This document shows positions 1 through 9,761 of a DNA stretch of 64,000 bases, in pieces. Source of the stretch: Dehalococcoidia bacterium (GTDB taxonomy: Bacteria; Chloroflexota; Dehalococcoidia; Lucifugimonadales; JADFKI01); contig OY730226.1 in NCBI GenBank assembly GCA_963422525.1, positions 2,261,813-2,325,812 on the forward strand. The letters are read 5' to 3'. The notes below the pieces were generated by a model. The model saw only the letters and a program-made list of their open reading frames with translations. It was not told the origin of the DNA and did not search any database. The translations under genes and the position numbers were made by a program. How positions within the stretch are numbered: position 1 is the stretch's first letter; each line of letters opens with the position of its first letter.

Positions 1-625
1 TCATCTGCACCGCATACGGCGGCACGGCCGCGATGCGCGCTGCCGCCTTGCGCGCGTCAGTCATCAGTTCGTCGGTAGGCACAACCCAGTTCACCATATT
101 CCACTTCTCGGCGGTGCGCGCGTCTATCGTATCGCCTGTGAAGTACAGCCAGTGCAGATGGCGCAACGGTATCATGAACGGCAACATAATCGCCGGCGAG
201 TGCGCCACGAAGCGTATCTCAGGCTCTCCAAACACCGCATCCTCTGACGCAATCACGATGTCGGCGGTCATCGCAAGAACATTGCCGGCGGCAAGCGCAT
301 GCCCGTTCACGGCGGCGATAGTAGGCTGACGCAGATGCCACAACTTCATAAGCGTGCGGGCGGGCAGATGCTTGGCGTCCCAGTACGCCGTCGCAGGCGC
401 ATCCGCCGCGGTTTGCCCCGGCGATATGTCGTATCCCGCCGAGAACGCCTTGCCCGCTCCCGTCAGTATCAGCGCATTCACATCATGATCGTTGTGCACA
501 TCGTCCAGCGCATCACTAAACTCTTGCAGCAACTCGCCACTGAGCGCATTCATCTTCGCCGGACGATTCAGTATAAGCGTCGCAATGCGCTCCGACTTAT
601 CCAGTTTTATAAACTCATAACTCAT
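1..625 (-). CDS. enoyl-CoA hydratase/isomerase (crotonase) family protein; C-terminal end runs off the window
   Basis: Absent from the ORF track because it has no in-window stop. Hand translation of the minus strand from ATG at 625-623 gives MSYEFIKLDKSERIATLILNRPAKMNAL..., a typical crotonase N-terminus. The frame stays open to the window edge. Confidence 0.8.
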   Translation of the reverse strand, partial: MSYEFIKLDKSERIATLILNRPAKMNALSGELLQEFSDALDDVHNDHDVNALILTGAGKAFSAGYDISPGQTAADAPATAYWDAKHLPARTLMKLWHLRQPTIAAVNGHALAAGNVLAMTADIVIASEDAVFGEPEIRFVAHSPAIMLPFMIPLRHLHWLYFTGDTIDARTAEKWNMVNWVVPTDELMTDARKAAARIAAVPPYAVQM

Positions 626-638
626 ATGTACCTATTTC

Positions 639-821
639 CTATCTCGACTTCCGGCTCATAGTGCGCACTATCCAAAGCGTATTGAGTATAGCTACTCCTA
701 TCGCCGCAATCCACAAGACAGAGCCCAAAGTCGAGCTAAACTGCAAACCCATTCCAAGCCCAACGAAAAACAACACCACCGCAAGAAGGAATAGCAACAC
801 ATGGATGACTATCTTGAGCAT
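639..821 (-). CDS. small integral membrane protein (hypothetical)
   Basis: 60-aa ORF with two hydrophobic helices (VIHVLLFLLAVVLFFVGLG and VLWIAAIGVAILNTLWIV). ATG start with GAGGG upstream. It ends 13 nt before the crotonase start, so it is probably co-transcribed. Confidence 0.45.
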   Translation of the reverse strand: MLKIVIHVLLFLLAVVLFFVGLGMGLQFSSTLGSVLWIAAIGVAILNTLWIVRTMSRKSR

Positions 822-1072
822 TTCCCTCGCCTTCTATCTGAACTCATACTTTATGATGCCGCCCCGTCGCCCAGACTCTCAGCTACGCATCATCCTCAGC
901 GCAATAAGCATGATCATCGTGCCTGCCACAATCCACAAGGCGATGCCCCGGGTCTCGTTGATCTGCAATCCAATTCTATATGTCTTATGAGAAAATCGGT
1001 ATTGCGGCAATGAAGAGCACGAACAGGACAATTTGATTGAGTACAGTACGCACTTCTTTTTAGATTAGAATA

Positions 1073-2569
1073 TTATACGCTCGGCAGAGGGGCGGTATCG
1101 CCGGTCTCATGCTGCCAGATACGGATGCGCGCCGCCATATCTATAATCCTGTCCTTTTGCGCCGGGTCGTTGTACAAGTTGTTCATCTCATACGGATCAT
1201 TGTTCAAGTCGAACAGTTCGCACTGGTCGCCCGCGCACAGGTTGAGCTTCCAGCGATCGGGGGTAACCACAGAGCGCCAAGGAAGCGTCAGCATACGGTT
1301 AATGTCGCGGCTGCCCAAGAACCTATCCGGCAGCTCGTAGCTAGCGCCGTTCCACTGAATGAACACATCGTTGTCCGCCAGCGTCTGCTCGCCTTTCATC
1401 ACCGGTACAAGGCTCTTGCCTTGCAGCGAATCGGGCGCGGCATGACCACTCAGCTCCAACAGCGTAGGCACAAGGTCGATATGCCCCACACTGCCTTCGA
1501 CAACCGTCTGCTCCTTGCTCAGCCAAGGCACGCTCACCAGCAGCGGCACACGTGAGGACTCCTCATAGAAGGAGCGCTTCTCCAACATGCCATGGTCGCC
1601 CATCATATCGCCGTGCTCGCTTGTGAATACCACCACCGTGTTGTCTGCAACACCCGCGCTCTCCAGTGCATCGGTTATCCTGCCGACCATGTTGTCAACC
1701 AGCGTGATGTTCGCCAGATAGTGCGCGCGCAGCGTGCGCCATCCCTGTTCAGTGGTAACATCCTCACGCGCCGCGGCATAGCGCGTCATGTAGTCGTCGT
1801 CCGCATGGCTCTTGCCTTCCAGCATGAACTGCATGAAGTAGTCGGCGCGCACTCGATTGACCCGTGATGCGCCGTCCGGCAGCTTCAGAAAGGCATCGCC
1901 GACGGGAATCTCCGCCGGGTCGTACATGTCCCGGTAGGGACCATTATAGGGTGAATGTGGCTCAAAGGTGCTTACATACAGCACGAACGGACGGTCCTTG
2001 TTGTCCTCGATGAACTCAGCGGCGCGGTCGCCCAGGTATGACGCCATTTGAAACTCATTTGGCAGGTCCTGGCGAGCATCCGCCGAGAACACGCCCATGC
2101 CGTCCGATTGCGTCACATCCGGCTCATATCCGCTTGCGACGAGATGCTGGTGATATGGCGTCATCTCATAACGAAGTTCCAAGCGAGTATAACTCTCGCG
2201 GTGTCCGTCCTCAGTTGGATTCCACACATCGAAGCCGTGCTGAACCGCAACATCGTTGCCCAGATGCCACTTGCCCATGTAGCCCTTGAAGTAGTCATCA
2301 TCAATCATCTCAGCAATGACGGGTGTGTCCGGCGGCAAATGAATCTTGTTCACGATAGGTCCCGCGGCATGCGGGTACAGCCCTGTCATAATCGTGGCGC
2401 GCGCCGGAGTGCACACCGGCTGCGCCACATAGGCGTTGCGAAATACAAAGCTGCGATCCGCCAGCGCGTTCAGGTTCGGCACATTCATGAACTCGCTGCC
2501 GTAACATGCAAGTGTGTCATAACGCTGCTGGTCGCTCATGACAAATACGATATTCGGCCTATCCGCCAT
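1073..2569 (-). CDS. sulfatase family protein (formylglycine-dependent type)
   Basis: Sulfatase signature C-x-P-x-R (CTPAR) followed by TGLYPH, and N-terminal PNIVFVMSDQ. Start moved from the track's TTG (2608) to ATG 2569 (MADRPNIVF...), which has GAGGTG just upstream. No signal peptide. Confidence 0.9.
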   Translation of the reverse strand: MADRPNIVFVMSDQQRYDTLACYGSEFMNVPNLNALADRSFVFRNAYVAQPVCTPARATIMTGLYPHAAGPIVNKIHLPPDTPVIAEMIDDDYFKGYMGKWHLGNDVAVQHGFDVWNPTEDGHRESYTRLELRYEMTPYHQHLVASGYEPDVTQSDGMGVFSADARQDLPNEFQMASYLGDRAAEFIEDNKDRPFVLYVSTFEPHSPYNGPYRDMYDPAEIPVGDAFLKLPDGASRVNRVRADYFMQFMLEGKSHADDDYMTRYAAAREDVTTEQGWRTLRAHYLANITLVDNMVGRITDALESAGVADNTVVVFTSEHGDMMGDHGMLEKRSFYEESSRVPLLVSVPWLSKEQTVVEGSVGHIDLVPTLLELSGHAAPDSLQGKSLVPVMKGEQTLADNDVFIQWNGASYELPDRFLGSRDINRMLTLPWRSVVTPDRWKLNLCAGDQCELFDLNNDPYEMNNLYNDPAQKDRIIDMAARIRIWQHETGDTAPLPSV

Positions 2570-2728
2570 ATTTTCACCTCTTCTTGAATCAAGATTTATA
2601 CATATCAAATTGCTTGAGTGAGTTTATAAATACCTGCCCACTCTGTCAATCCTGCTGCGCTCCGCAGGCATGAATGATACACTGCCGCCAAAGTTGATTT
2701 AGGACGAAACCAAACTCGGAGAAAGCGA

Positions 2729-3613
2729 ATGACCACAGACTTCAGAGTAACCCTGCTCGGCACAAGCTCGCCTTCGCCAACGATTGACCGCTTCGGCATG
2801 AGCACGCTGATCGAGGCAGGCGCGCAAAGGCTGCTGTTCGACTGCGGGCGCGGCACAATTCAGCGCCTGTTCCAGCTAGGGCCGGACTACCCGCGCGTGG
2901 ACAAGCTCTTTCTGACGCATCTGCACTCAGACCATATTGTCGGCATACCCGACTTGTGGCTCACGGCTTGGATTATGGGACGCAAGACGCCCCTCACCGT
3001 ATGGGGACCTACCGGCGCCACACACATGATGACGCATCTCGAACAGGCATATCAGGCGGACATCCATATTCGCCGCGACCTCGACGAGCTTCTACCTCAA
3101 TCCGGCATCGACTTCATCACGCACGAGATTGAAGAGGGCTTCGAGTATCGACAAGGCGGCGTTGCCGTCAGCGCATTCGACGTCGACCACCATCCCGTTA
3201 CCCCGGCATTCGGATTTCGCATCGAGTACGGCGGCAACGTGGTCGTGCTTTCCGGCGACACGCGCCCCAGCGACAACCTCGTGAAGCGCTCGCAGGGCGC
3301 CGACTTGCTAATTCACGAAGTCCTCGCGCCGCAAGCGTTTATGAGGCGCGCCACGCAGATGACCGACCACCATCGACAAGCGGTCATCGAACACCACACG
3401 ACGCCGCAGCAGGCAGGCGAAATCTTCAGCAGAATAAACCCAAAATTAGCCGTCTATTCGCATGTTATCGGCGGGCCTGGCACAGGCTACAAGACTGAGC
3501 TAATCGAAGGGACCCGCGCGACATACTCCGGCGCCGTCGAAATCGGCTACGACCTGATGGCAATCGAAGTCGGCGATGAGGTGCGAATAGTAAGCAGCCA
3601 TCCCGACGCATGA
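2729..3613 (+). CDS. MBL-fold metallo-hydrolase (RNase Z-like subgroup)
   Basis: 294-aa ORF with the HxHxDH motif (LTHLHSDHIVG) and the N-terminal pattern VTLLGTSSPSP...FDCGRG typical of the metallo-beta-lactamase fold. Confidence 0.8.
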   Translation: MTTDFRVTLLGTSSPSPTIDRFGMSTLIEAGAQRLLFDCGRGTIQRLFQLGPDYPRVDKLFLTHLHSDHIVGIPDLWLTAWIMGRKTPLTVWGPTGATHMMTHLEQAYQADIHIRRDLDELLPQSGIDFITHEIEEGFEYRQGGVAVSAFDVDHHPVTPAFGFRIEYGGNVVVLSGDTRPSDNLVKRSQGADLLIHEVLAPQAFMRRATQMTDHHRQAVIEHHTTPQQAGEIFSRINPKLAVYSHVIGGPGTGYKTELIEGTRATYSGAVEIGYDLMAIEVGDEVRIVSSHPDA

Positions 3614-3724
3614 GCGCAGCCGCCGAAACTAAGATCCGCCCCATTAATCGAGGAGCACGGGAGACCGCGACAACAGGAAGATAAGAACCGCCATGCATCG
3701 AAGACCGGCTGCGTCGGCGGACGG

Positions 3725-5362
3725 CTAAGCGATGTAGTTGTGCAGTCCAAGCGTGCGATACTTCCCTTTCGAGCGCGGGTTGGCGGGCCACGGCATGACT
3801 TGGCACTTCGCCGCCCATTCCTCGTACAGTCGCGTCATCTGCCGGGCGCGTTCGTTCTCACCTGCTGCCAAGTCGTTCAGTTCCGTGCGATCTTCGTCCA
3901 TGTTGTAGAGTTCCCACGCGCTATCGTGCTCCGCGACGAGCTTCCACTCGCCGACGCGCACCGCGCGGTTGCCCTCATGCTCCCAGAATATCGGCTGCTG
4001 CCTTGACCACGGCTCGCCGTCGATGATGGACATAAAGCTCTCGCCTTCGATAGGCGTAATTTGCCTGTGCTCGAACTCGGTGGGGTAAGTCGCACCGGCC
4101 GCATCAATACAAGTAGCGGTGATGTCGGTAATGTACATGGCGCTATGGTCTATGCTGCCCTGCTTTATTCTGTCGGGCCAATGCACGATGAACGGCGTAG
4201 ATATGCCTCCCTCTTGTATCCAGCTCTTGAATAAGCGGAATGGCGCATTGCTCACATTCGCCCAAGGAAGGTCGTAGCTCATGAAGGTGTCATCCGGACC
4301 GGGCCTGACGCCCGGAATGTTGCCGGAAGTTACCGGTCTGCCGTCCACGGTCGGCGTCGAGTAGATGCTCGGCACGGGAATGTCGTTGTCCTCCCTGAAC
4401 AGCTCAGCGCAGCCGCCGTTGTCCGACAGGAACATGAACAGCGTATTGTCGTACTCGCCGCGCGCGCGCAACCTGTCCATTATGCGACCTATGCCCTGGT
4501 CGACGCGGTCAACCTGCGCCGCATACACCGCCATCCGCAAGGCTTCCCAGTCTTGGTGTCGCGAATCATTCCAGTCCGGCGCATCCACATCACGCGCGCT
4601 GATGGGCCACCTTTCGTCAAGCAGCCCCATTCCCTTCTGAGCCTCGTGCCGCGCTGTGCGCTCGGCGTCCCAGCCATTGCGGAACGCGCCTTCGTACTTG
4701 GCGATATCCTCCTCCAGCGCATGCAAGGGCCAGTGAGGCGCGGTGTATGACAGATACAGGAAGAACGGGCTGTCCGAATCGCTGCCCTCATCAATCATCT
4801 GAATGGCGTGATTGGTTATTTCATCGGTCAGGTAGAAGTCCGTCGTATCAGCCTTGATTGCCGTGTCATCCAGCCCCAGCGAGTCAGGATTAAAGAATGA
4901 TGTGTAGCCGCCCCAGATGCCGAAGAAGCGGTCGAACCCGCGCTGTCGCGGCGTCGGGTAGCCATGTTCGCCGGTCGGCCAGCCGAACTCCGGCGCAGGC
5001 GGATGATAGTTGCCACCAACATGCCACTTGCCGCTCATCAGCGTGCGATAGCCTGCCGTTCGCAGCGCCTCCGCGACGGTGACCGAATTATCGCTCAAAT
5101 ACCCTTGGTAACTGGGGATGCCGTAGTCCTGCGTCATATGCCCGACGCCGGCCTGGTGCGGGTACAGCCCGGTCAGCAGCGCTGCCCTCGACGGACAGCA
5201 GCGCGCCGAATTGTACATCTGCGTGCAACGAATTCCATTCTCCGCAAGCCGATCTATGTTGTGCGTAAGTAGCCGCGAGCCGTAGCTCCCCAGGTCGGAA
5301 AAGCCTAAATCATCCACAAGACATATGATGATGTTAGGGCGCCGATTAGTCTGTGTAGTCAA
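3725..5362 (-). CDS. arylsulfatase (sulfatase family)
   Basis: RPNIIICLVDDLGFSD, CCPSRAALLTGLYPHQAGVGHM (C-x-P-x-R) and SGKWHVG. The start is TTG at 5362, aligned with the ATG of the downstream paralog. No signal peptide. Confidence 0.9.
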   Translation of the reverse strand: MTTQTNRRPNIIICLVDDLGFSDLGSYGSRLLTHNIDRLAENGIRCTQMYNSARCCPSRAALLTGLYPHQAGVGHMTQDYGIPSYQGYLSDNSVTVAEALRTAGYRTLMSGKWHVGGNYHPPAPEFGWPTGEHGYPTPRQRGFDRFFGIWGGYTSFFNPDSLGLDDTAIKADTTDFYLTDEITNHAIQMIDEGSDSDSPFFLYLSYTAPHWPLHALEEDIAKYEGAFRNGWDAERTARHEAQKGMGLLDERWPISARDVDAPDWNDSRHQDWEALRMAVYAAQVDRVDQGIGRIMDRLRARGEYDNTLFMFLSDNGGCAELFREDNDIPVPSIYSTPTVDGRPVTSGNIPGVRPGPDDTFMSYDLPWANVSNAPFRLFKSWIQEGGISTPFIVHWPDRIKQGSIDHSAMYITDITATCIDAAGATYPTEFEHRQITPIEGESFMSIIDGEPWSRQQPIFWEHEGNRAVRVGEWKLVAEHDSAWELYNMDEDRTELNDLAAGENERARQMTRLYEEWAAKCQVMPWPANPRSKGKYRTLGLHNYIA

Positions 5363-5615
5363 AATGCTCGTGTCCTATCCGAAACAGCCGATTTAGCCAA
5401 GCCAATTACTGGCGATGACGGCTGCAATCACTCCAAACAGTCCCCACAACCAATGCTATCTATGTACAGCCTATCTGTTCGGGCTTCCCTGCGCTCAAAC
5501 CCGGCACGCATTTCTCTCACTATTTCGCGCCGCCATTCCTGTTCATTGTCAACATCTCGTTCCAGCAACGGTATGCGTTCTTTATTTGTTGCCACTGTAC
5601 ACAATTCCAACAGTC

Positions 5616-7292
5616 TTAGGTGGTTGGCGCATCTTCCGGCGTCGGCATGGAGGGCGCTCCCGCGACATGGGCGTTCCTGCCCATCATCCTGAAGCCGGGA
5701 AATACGGGATTAGCAGGCCATGGCACGACATTCGCTCTGTCCGCCCAGCCCTGCCAGAGCGCCGCCATCTGCCGCACCCTGTACGCATCGCCGTCTGCGC
5801 GGTCGTTCAACTCGGTGCGGTCTTCGTCCATGTTGTAAAGCTCCCAAGCCCCATTATGCTCGGCAACCAGCTTCCACTCACCCACACGCACAGCGCGGTT
5901 GCCCTCATGCTCCCAGAATATGGGCTGCTGCCTGCTCCACTGTCCGCCCTGAGCAACCGACAAGAAGCTCTCTCCCTCTAAGGGCGTGATGGGCATGCCC
6001 TCGCGCTCAGTGGGATATGCCGCGCCCGCCGCTTCGATGCATGTCGCAGTGATGTCGGAGATGTATGCCGGCGAGTCGATTATGGCAGGCTGCTTTATGC
6101 GATCCGGCCAGTGCATGATGAACGGCGTGGATATGCCGCCCTCATGTATCCACCGCTTGAACAGCCTGAACGGCGTGTTGCTCGCATTCGCCCAGGGCAA
6201 ATCGTAGCTCATGAATGTGTCCGCCGTTCCGGGTCGCAGACCGGGGATGTTGCCCACCCTGGTCTGTTTGCCGTCCACGGTCGGAATGGCAAATACCGAC
6301 GGAACGGGAATGTCAGTATCTTCCATGAAAAGCTCGGCGTCGCCGCCGTTGTCTGACAGGAACATAAACAGCGTATTGTCCGCCTGATCGATCTGTCCCA
6401 GCCTGTCCATTATCTGCCCAATGCCCTGGTCAACGCGGTCTATCATGGCGGCATACACCGCCATGCGCAGGGACTCCCAATCTTGATGAGACGCTTCTCC
6501 CCAAGGCGGCGCATCTACATCCCGGGGGCTTATATCCCATTTCGGATTGAGTACGCCCATGCCCTTGAGTTCCTCATGTCGCGCGGTTCGCAGCGCGTCC
6601 CAACCATTGCGATATATGCCTTCATACTTTGCGATGTCTTCCTCACGGGCATGCAGCGGCCAGTGTGGAGCCGTATAGGACAGGTACAAGAAGAAAGGCT
6701 TATCCATGCCCGCACTTTCGTCGATCATCTGCAGGGCGTGGTCCGTAATCGCGTCGGAGAAGTAGAAGTCTGGTGTTTCGGCGTTGATGGGCGCGTCGTC
6801 CAGCATCATAGAATAAGGGTTGAAAAGCGAGCCGTAGCCGCCCAGGATACCGAAGAACCTGTCGAACCCGCGTTGGCGCGGCGTGGGCCGTCCGGGGGAT
6901 CCCACATCCCAACCCTCTTCAGGCACGGGTGGGTGGTAGTGGCCGCCCACATGCCACTTCCCGCTCATCAGCGTGCGGTATCCTGCGGCGCGCAAAGTCT
7001 CCGCCACCGTTACGCACCTGTCGTTGAGGTAGCCCTGATATCCCGGAGAGCCATAGTTCTGCACCATGTGCCCCACGCCCGCCTGATGCGGATATAACCC
7101 GGTGAGCAAGGCGGCTCTGGATGGACAGCAGCGCGCCGCATTGTACATCTGCGTAAATCGCAGCCCGTTGTTCCCCATGCGGTCCAAGTTGGGCGTCCGA
7201 ATCTCCGAGCCGTAGCAACCGATGTCCGAAAACCCCAGATCGTCCACAAGACACACGATTATGTTGGGGCGAGCGTTGGTTTGAGTGGTCAT
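5616..7292 (-). CDS. arylsulfatase, tandem paralog of 3725..5362
   Basis: Same motifs (RPNIIVCLVDDLGFSD, CCPSRAALLTGLYPHQAG). By eye roughly three quarters of residues are identical to the neighbour. Start trimmed to ATG 7292 (MTTQTNARPN...). No signal peptide. Confidence 0.9.
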   Translation of the reverse strand: MTTQTNARPNIIVCLVDDLGFSDIGCYGSEIRTPNLDRMGNNGLRFTQMYNAARCCPSRAALLTGLYPHQAGVGHMVQNYGSPGYQGYLNDRCVTVAETLRAAGYRTLMSGKWHVGGHYHPPVPEEGWDVGSPGRPTPRQRGFDRFFGILGGYGSLFNPYSMMLDDAPINAETPDFYFSDAITDHALQMIDESAGMDKPFFLYLSYTAPHWPLHAREEDIAKYEGIYRNGWDALRTARHEELKGMGVLNPKWDISPRDVDAPPWGEASHQDWESLRMAVYAAMIDRVDQGIGQIMDRLGQIDQADNTLFMFLSDNGGDAELFMEDTDIPVPSVFAIPTVDGKQTRVGNIPGLRPGTADTFMSYDLPWANASNTPFRLFKRWIHEGGISTPFIMHWPDRIKQPAIIDSPAYISDITATCIEAAGAAYPTEREGMPITPLEGESFLSVAQGGQWSRQQPIFWEHEGNRAVRVGEWKLVAEHNGAWELYNMDEDRTELNDRADGDAYRVRQMAALWQGWADRANVVPWPANPVFPGFRMMGRNAHVAGAPSMPTPEDAPTT

Positions 7293-7472
7293 ATAGAACT
7301 CCATTATCAAGTTCGTGCGCCTGTGCCGGTAAGCCGGCGCGTATGCGTCCATGATTGCGACTCTGAAGATATGTTAGGTTGCGCTTGCTTGTCAATGTCG
7401 GAAGCAGCCCAAACAAATCGGGGACGGATTTGAAACCCGTCCCCGAAAACTGATTACTGATAACCCGAGCAG

Positions 7473-8507
7473 TTACAAGTTAAACTGCGCCTCCATGTAA
7501 TTGCCCACCTTATTGTATATCTGAAGGCGGCCGCGCTGTGTATCGGTAACCAGCAAGCGAGACTTGGCTGTGTCAAATGTGATGCCGGTCGGCATCGCAA
7601 AGCGCCACTCCGGCTCGAGGGTATAGACGCGGCGGCGCGCCTTGATTACATCAATGTTGGCGTCCACCTGCTCCTGATGCCACTTGGCGAGCTGCTGCGC
7701 ATCACCGACGAGGCTTGCGATGAAGCCGCCCTCAGTATCGTACACTTGCACACGGTTGTTGCCCCAGTCGCACACATACACATCGCCGTCGGGATCGACG
7801 ACAACAGCGCTAGGGCGATTGAGCTGCCCTCTGCCCTTGCCGTATCTGCCGAACGACATCACAAAGTCGCCGTCCGAATCAAACTTCTGCACGCGATGGT
7901 TCTTGTGGTCTGCCACATACACGCAGTCATCATCGTCGCAGGCAATGCCCCAAGGCGCGTTGAACTCGCCTTCGTCCGCGCCGAGCCTGCCAAACTGCGA
8001 CAGATACTCGCCGCTCTTCGTGAACTTCTGCACGCGGTGGTTCAGGCTGTCCACCACATACGCGTCGCCGTTGGAATCCAAGGCTATACCCGACGGCTTG
8101 TTGAGTTCACCATCGCCGTCGCCACCCGTACCCCATACATCGAGCAGTTCGCCTTCCTTGCTGAAGACCGACACCCTGTTCATCCATTCATCCGTGACAT
8201 ACAGGTTCTCGTCAGCGTCCATCGCCATTCCGCTCGGCCAGATAAGTTCGCCATCGCCATCGCCATACTTGCTGAAACGCCCCAGAAACTCCTCATCGCC
8301 AGCCGTCTCCGGCACGGTGAACCTGTTGACCTGCGCAGAGGTGGCAGCCTTGTTCCATGGCACGTCGAGAATTTGCTCATACTGACGGCTCAGCACATAC
8401 ACCATATCGCCCTCGCCGGCGGCAACCGCAATTGGGCTGGGCATGTATAGCCCACCCACGGCGTGGCTGAAGTCGAATGTGCGCCCCTTAGCTACTGTAG
8501 TTAGCAT
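7473..8507 (-). CDS. NHL-repeat beta-propeller protein
   Basis: 344 aa with repeated blocks of the form G.GDGE(F/L)N.P.GIA.D..G..YV.D..NHRVQKF. ATG with AAGAGG upstream. No signal peptide. Confidence 0.8.
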   Translation of the reverse strand: MLTTVAKGRTFDFSHAVGGLYMPSPIAVAAGEGDMVYVLSRQYEQILDVPWNKAATSAQVNRFTVPETAGDEEFLGRFSKYGDGDGELIWPSGMAMDADENLYVTDEWMNRVSVFSKEGELLDVWGTGGDGDGELNKPSGIALDSNGDAYVVDSLNHRVQKFTKSGEYLSQFGRLGADEGEFNAPWGIACDDDDCVYVADHKNHRVQKFDSDGDFVMSFGRYGKGRGQLNRPSAVVVDPDGDVYVCDWGNNRVQVYDTEGGFIASLVGDAQQLAKWHQEQVDANIDVIKARRRVYTLEPEWRFAMPTGITFDTAKSRLLVTDTQRGRLQIYNKVGNYMEAQFNL

Positions 8508-8591
8508 GTTTTAGCCTCTTTTCTTGTATTGGCAAACCCCAAGCGGCAGCGCCTTCTAGGTGAACCGAACCCTATATCCTATCCGTCCGCG

Positions 8592-9731
8592 TCAATTCCC
8601 GTTCGAAATGAAGCCCAGCTTCTCGAACTCGCCGCCGATAATCGACCGCGAATCCATCTTCATCCAGTCCTCGACGAGCGTGGAATAGACGCTGCGGAAG
8701 TCCACACTTGGCACGACATCACCCTGCTGCAGGTCTTCGGGACGCAGCGACGGGTAATCACCATACTGACCGCCATTCACATTGTCGCCGATGACGAGCA
8801 CAGCGCCCGCAGCGCCATGGTCGGTGCCGGAGCCGTTGTCGTGTGTACGCCGCCCGAACTCCGAGAACAGGAGCATCACCACATTGTCGGAAGCGTCGCG
8901 TGCCCGCAGGTCGTCGAAGAAGTCGTTGATAGCAGCGGACAGGTCGCTCCACAGCCCCGCCAGCATGTTGGGCTGGCCCGCATGCGAATCGAAGCTGCCA
9001 TGGTCGCAGTAGAAAACGCGCGTCCCCAGCCCCGCCAGATGCACCTGCGCGATGCCCTTTAGCTTCTTTGCCAGCGTCGTGTCAGCGTACTCCACACTGG
9101 ACGAGTACCTCTCCGGCGCAACCTTCAAGATGTCAGCGCCCTGCAAAGCGTCCAATCCCGTCTGGCCAAGGAACTCCATTACCGGCCCCCTGCCGATAGC
9201 CTGTCCGTACAGCCGCGAGAACCTGTTCAGTATCTTCTGCCGCTGCTCTTCTGCGTCTATGCCGGGCATCAAGCCATAGTTGTTCAGGTCCTCGACGCAC
9301 GCCACCGGCACGCCGGGCACAGCCATCGCGCGGAACATGCTCGGGCCGAAGCTGACGCCCGTAACCACATTTTCTTTGTTGGGGTCAATCTCGCGGATGA
9401 CCTTGCCGAGCCAGCCCTCCGTGCCCACATCGTCCGGCTCGCATGTGTGCCAGATATCCATCGAGCGGAAGTGCGAGCGCGGCGAGTTTTCATAGCCTAC
9501 GCCGTGGACGATGGCGACATTGCCTTGGTTGTACAGGTCGCGCACCGCGCCCATCTGTGGGTGCAGCCCCACCTCGTCGTCGAGATGCAGCACCTGCTCC
9601 TGCGGAATGCCAACCGTCGGGCGATTGTCGTAGTAGATTTCGTTGTTGTACGGAATTACCGTGTTCAGGTAATCGTTGCCGCCCGAAAGCTGCACAACAA
9701 CCACGACCGGGTCTTTCTGCGCTGTCGTCAT
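8592..9731 (-). CDS. DUF1501 domain protein (sulfatase / alkaline-phosphatase-like fold)
   Basis: N-terminus VVVVQLSGGNDYLNTVIPY, then PRSHFRSMDIWHT and TEGWLGK, then C-terminal FSEFGRR...GTDHG. This is the DUF1501 pattern as I remember it. No Tat or Sec signal. Confidence 0.8.
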   Translation of the reverse strand: MTTAQKDPVVVVVQLSGGNDYLNTVIPYNNEIYYDNRPTVGIPQEQVLHLDDEVGLHPQMGAVRDLYNQGNVAIVHGVGYENSPRSHFRSMDIWHTCEPDDVGTEGWLGKVIREIDPNKENVVTGVSFGPSMFRAMAVPGVPVACVEDLNNYGLMPGIDAEEQRQKILNRFSRLYGQAIGRGPVMEFLGQTGLDALQGADILKVAPERYSSSVEYADTTLAKKLKGIAQVHLAGLGTRVFYCDHGSFDSHAGQPNMLAGLWSDLSAAINDFFDDLRARDASDNVVMLLFSEFGRRTHDNGSGTDHGAAGAVLVIGDNVNGGQYGDYPSLRPEDLQQGDVVPSVDFRSVYSTLVEDWMKMDSRSIIGGEFEKLGFISNGN

Positions 9732-9761
9732 TTTACATTCCCCTATTCTGGCGTAACTCGC

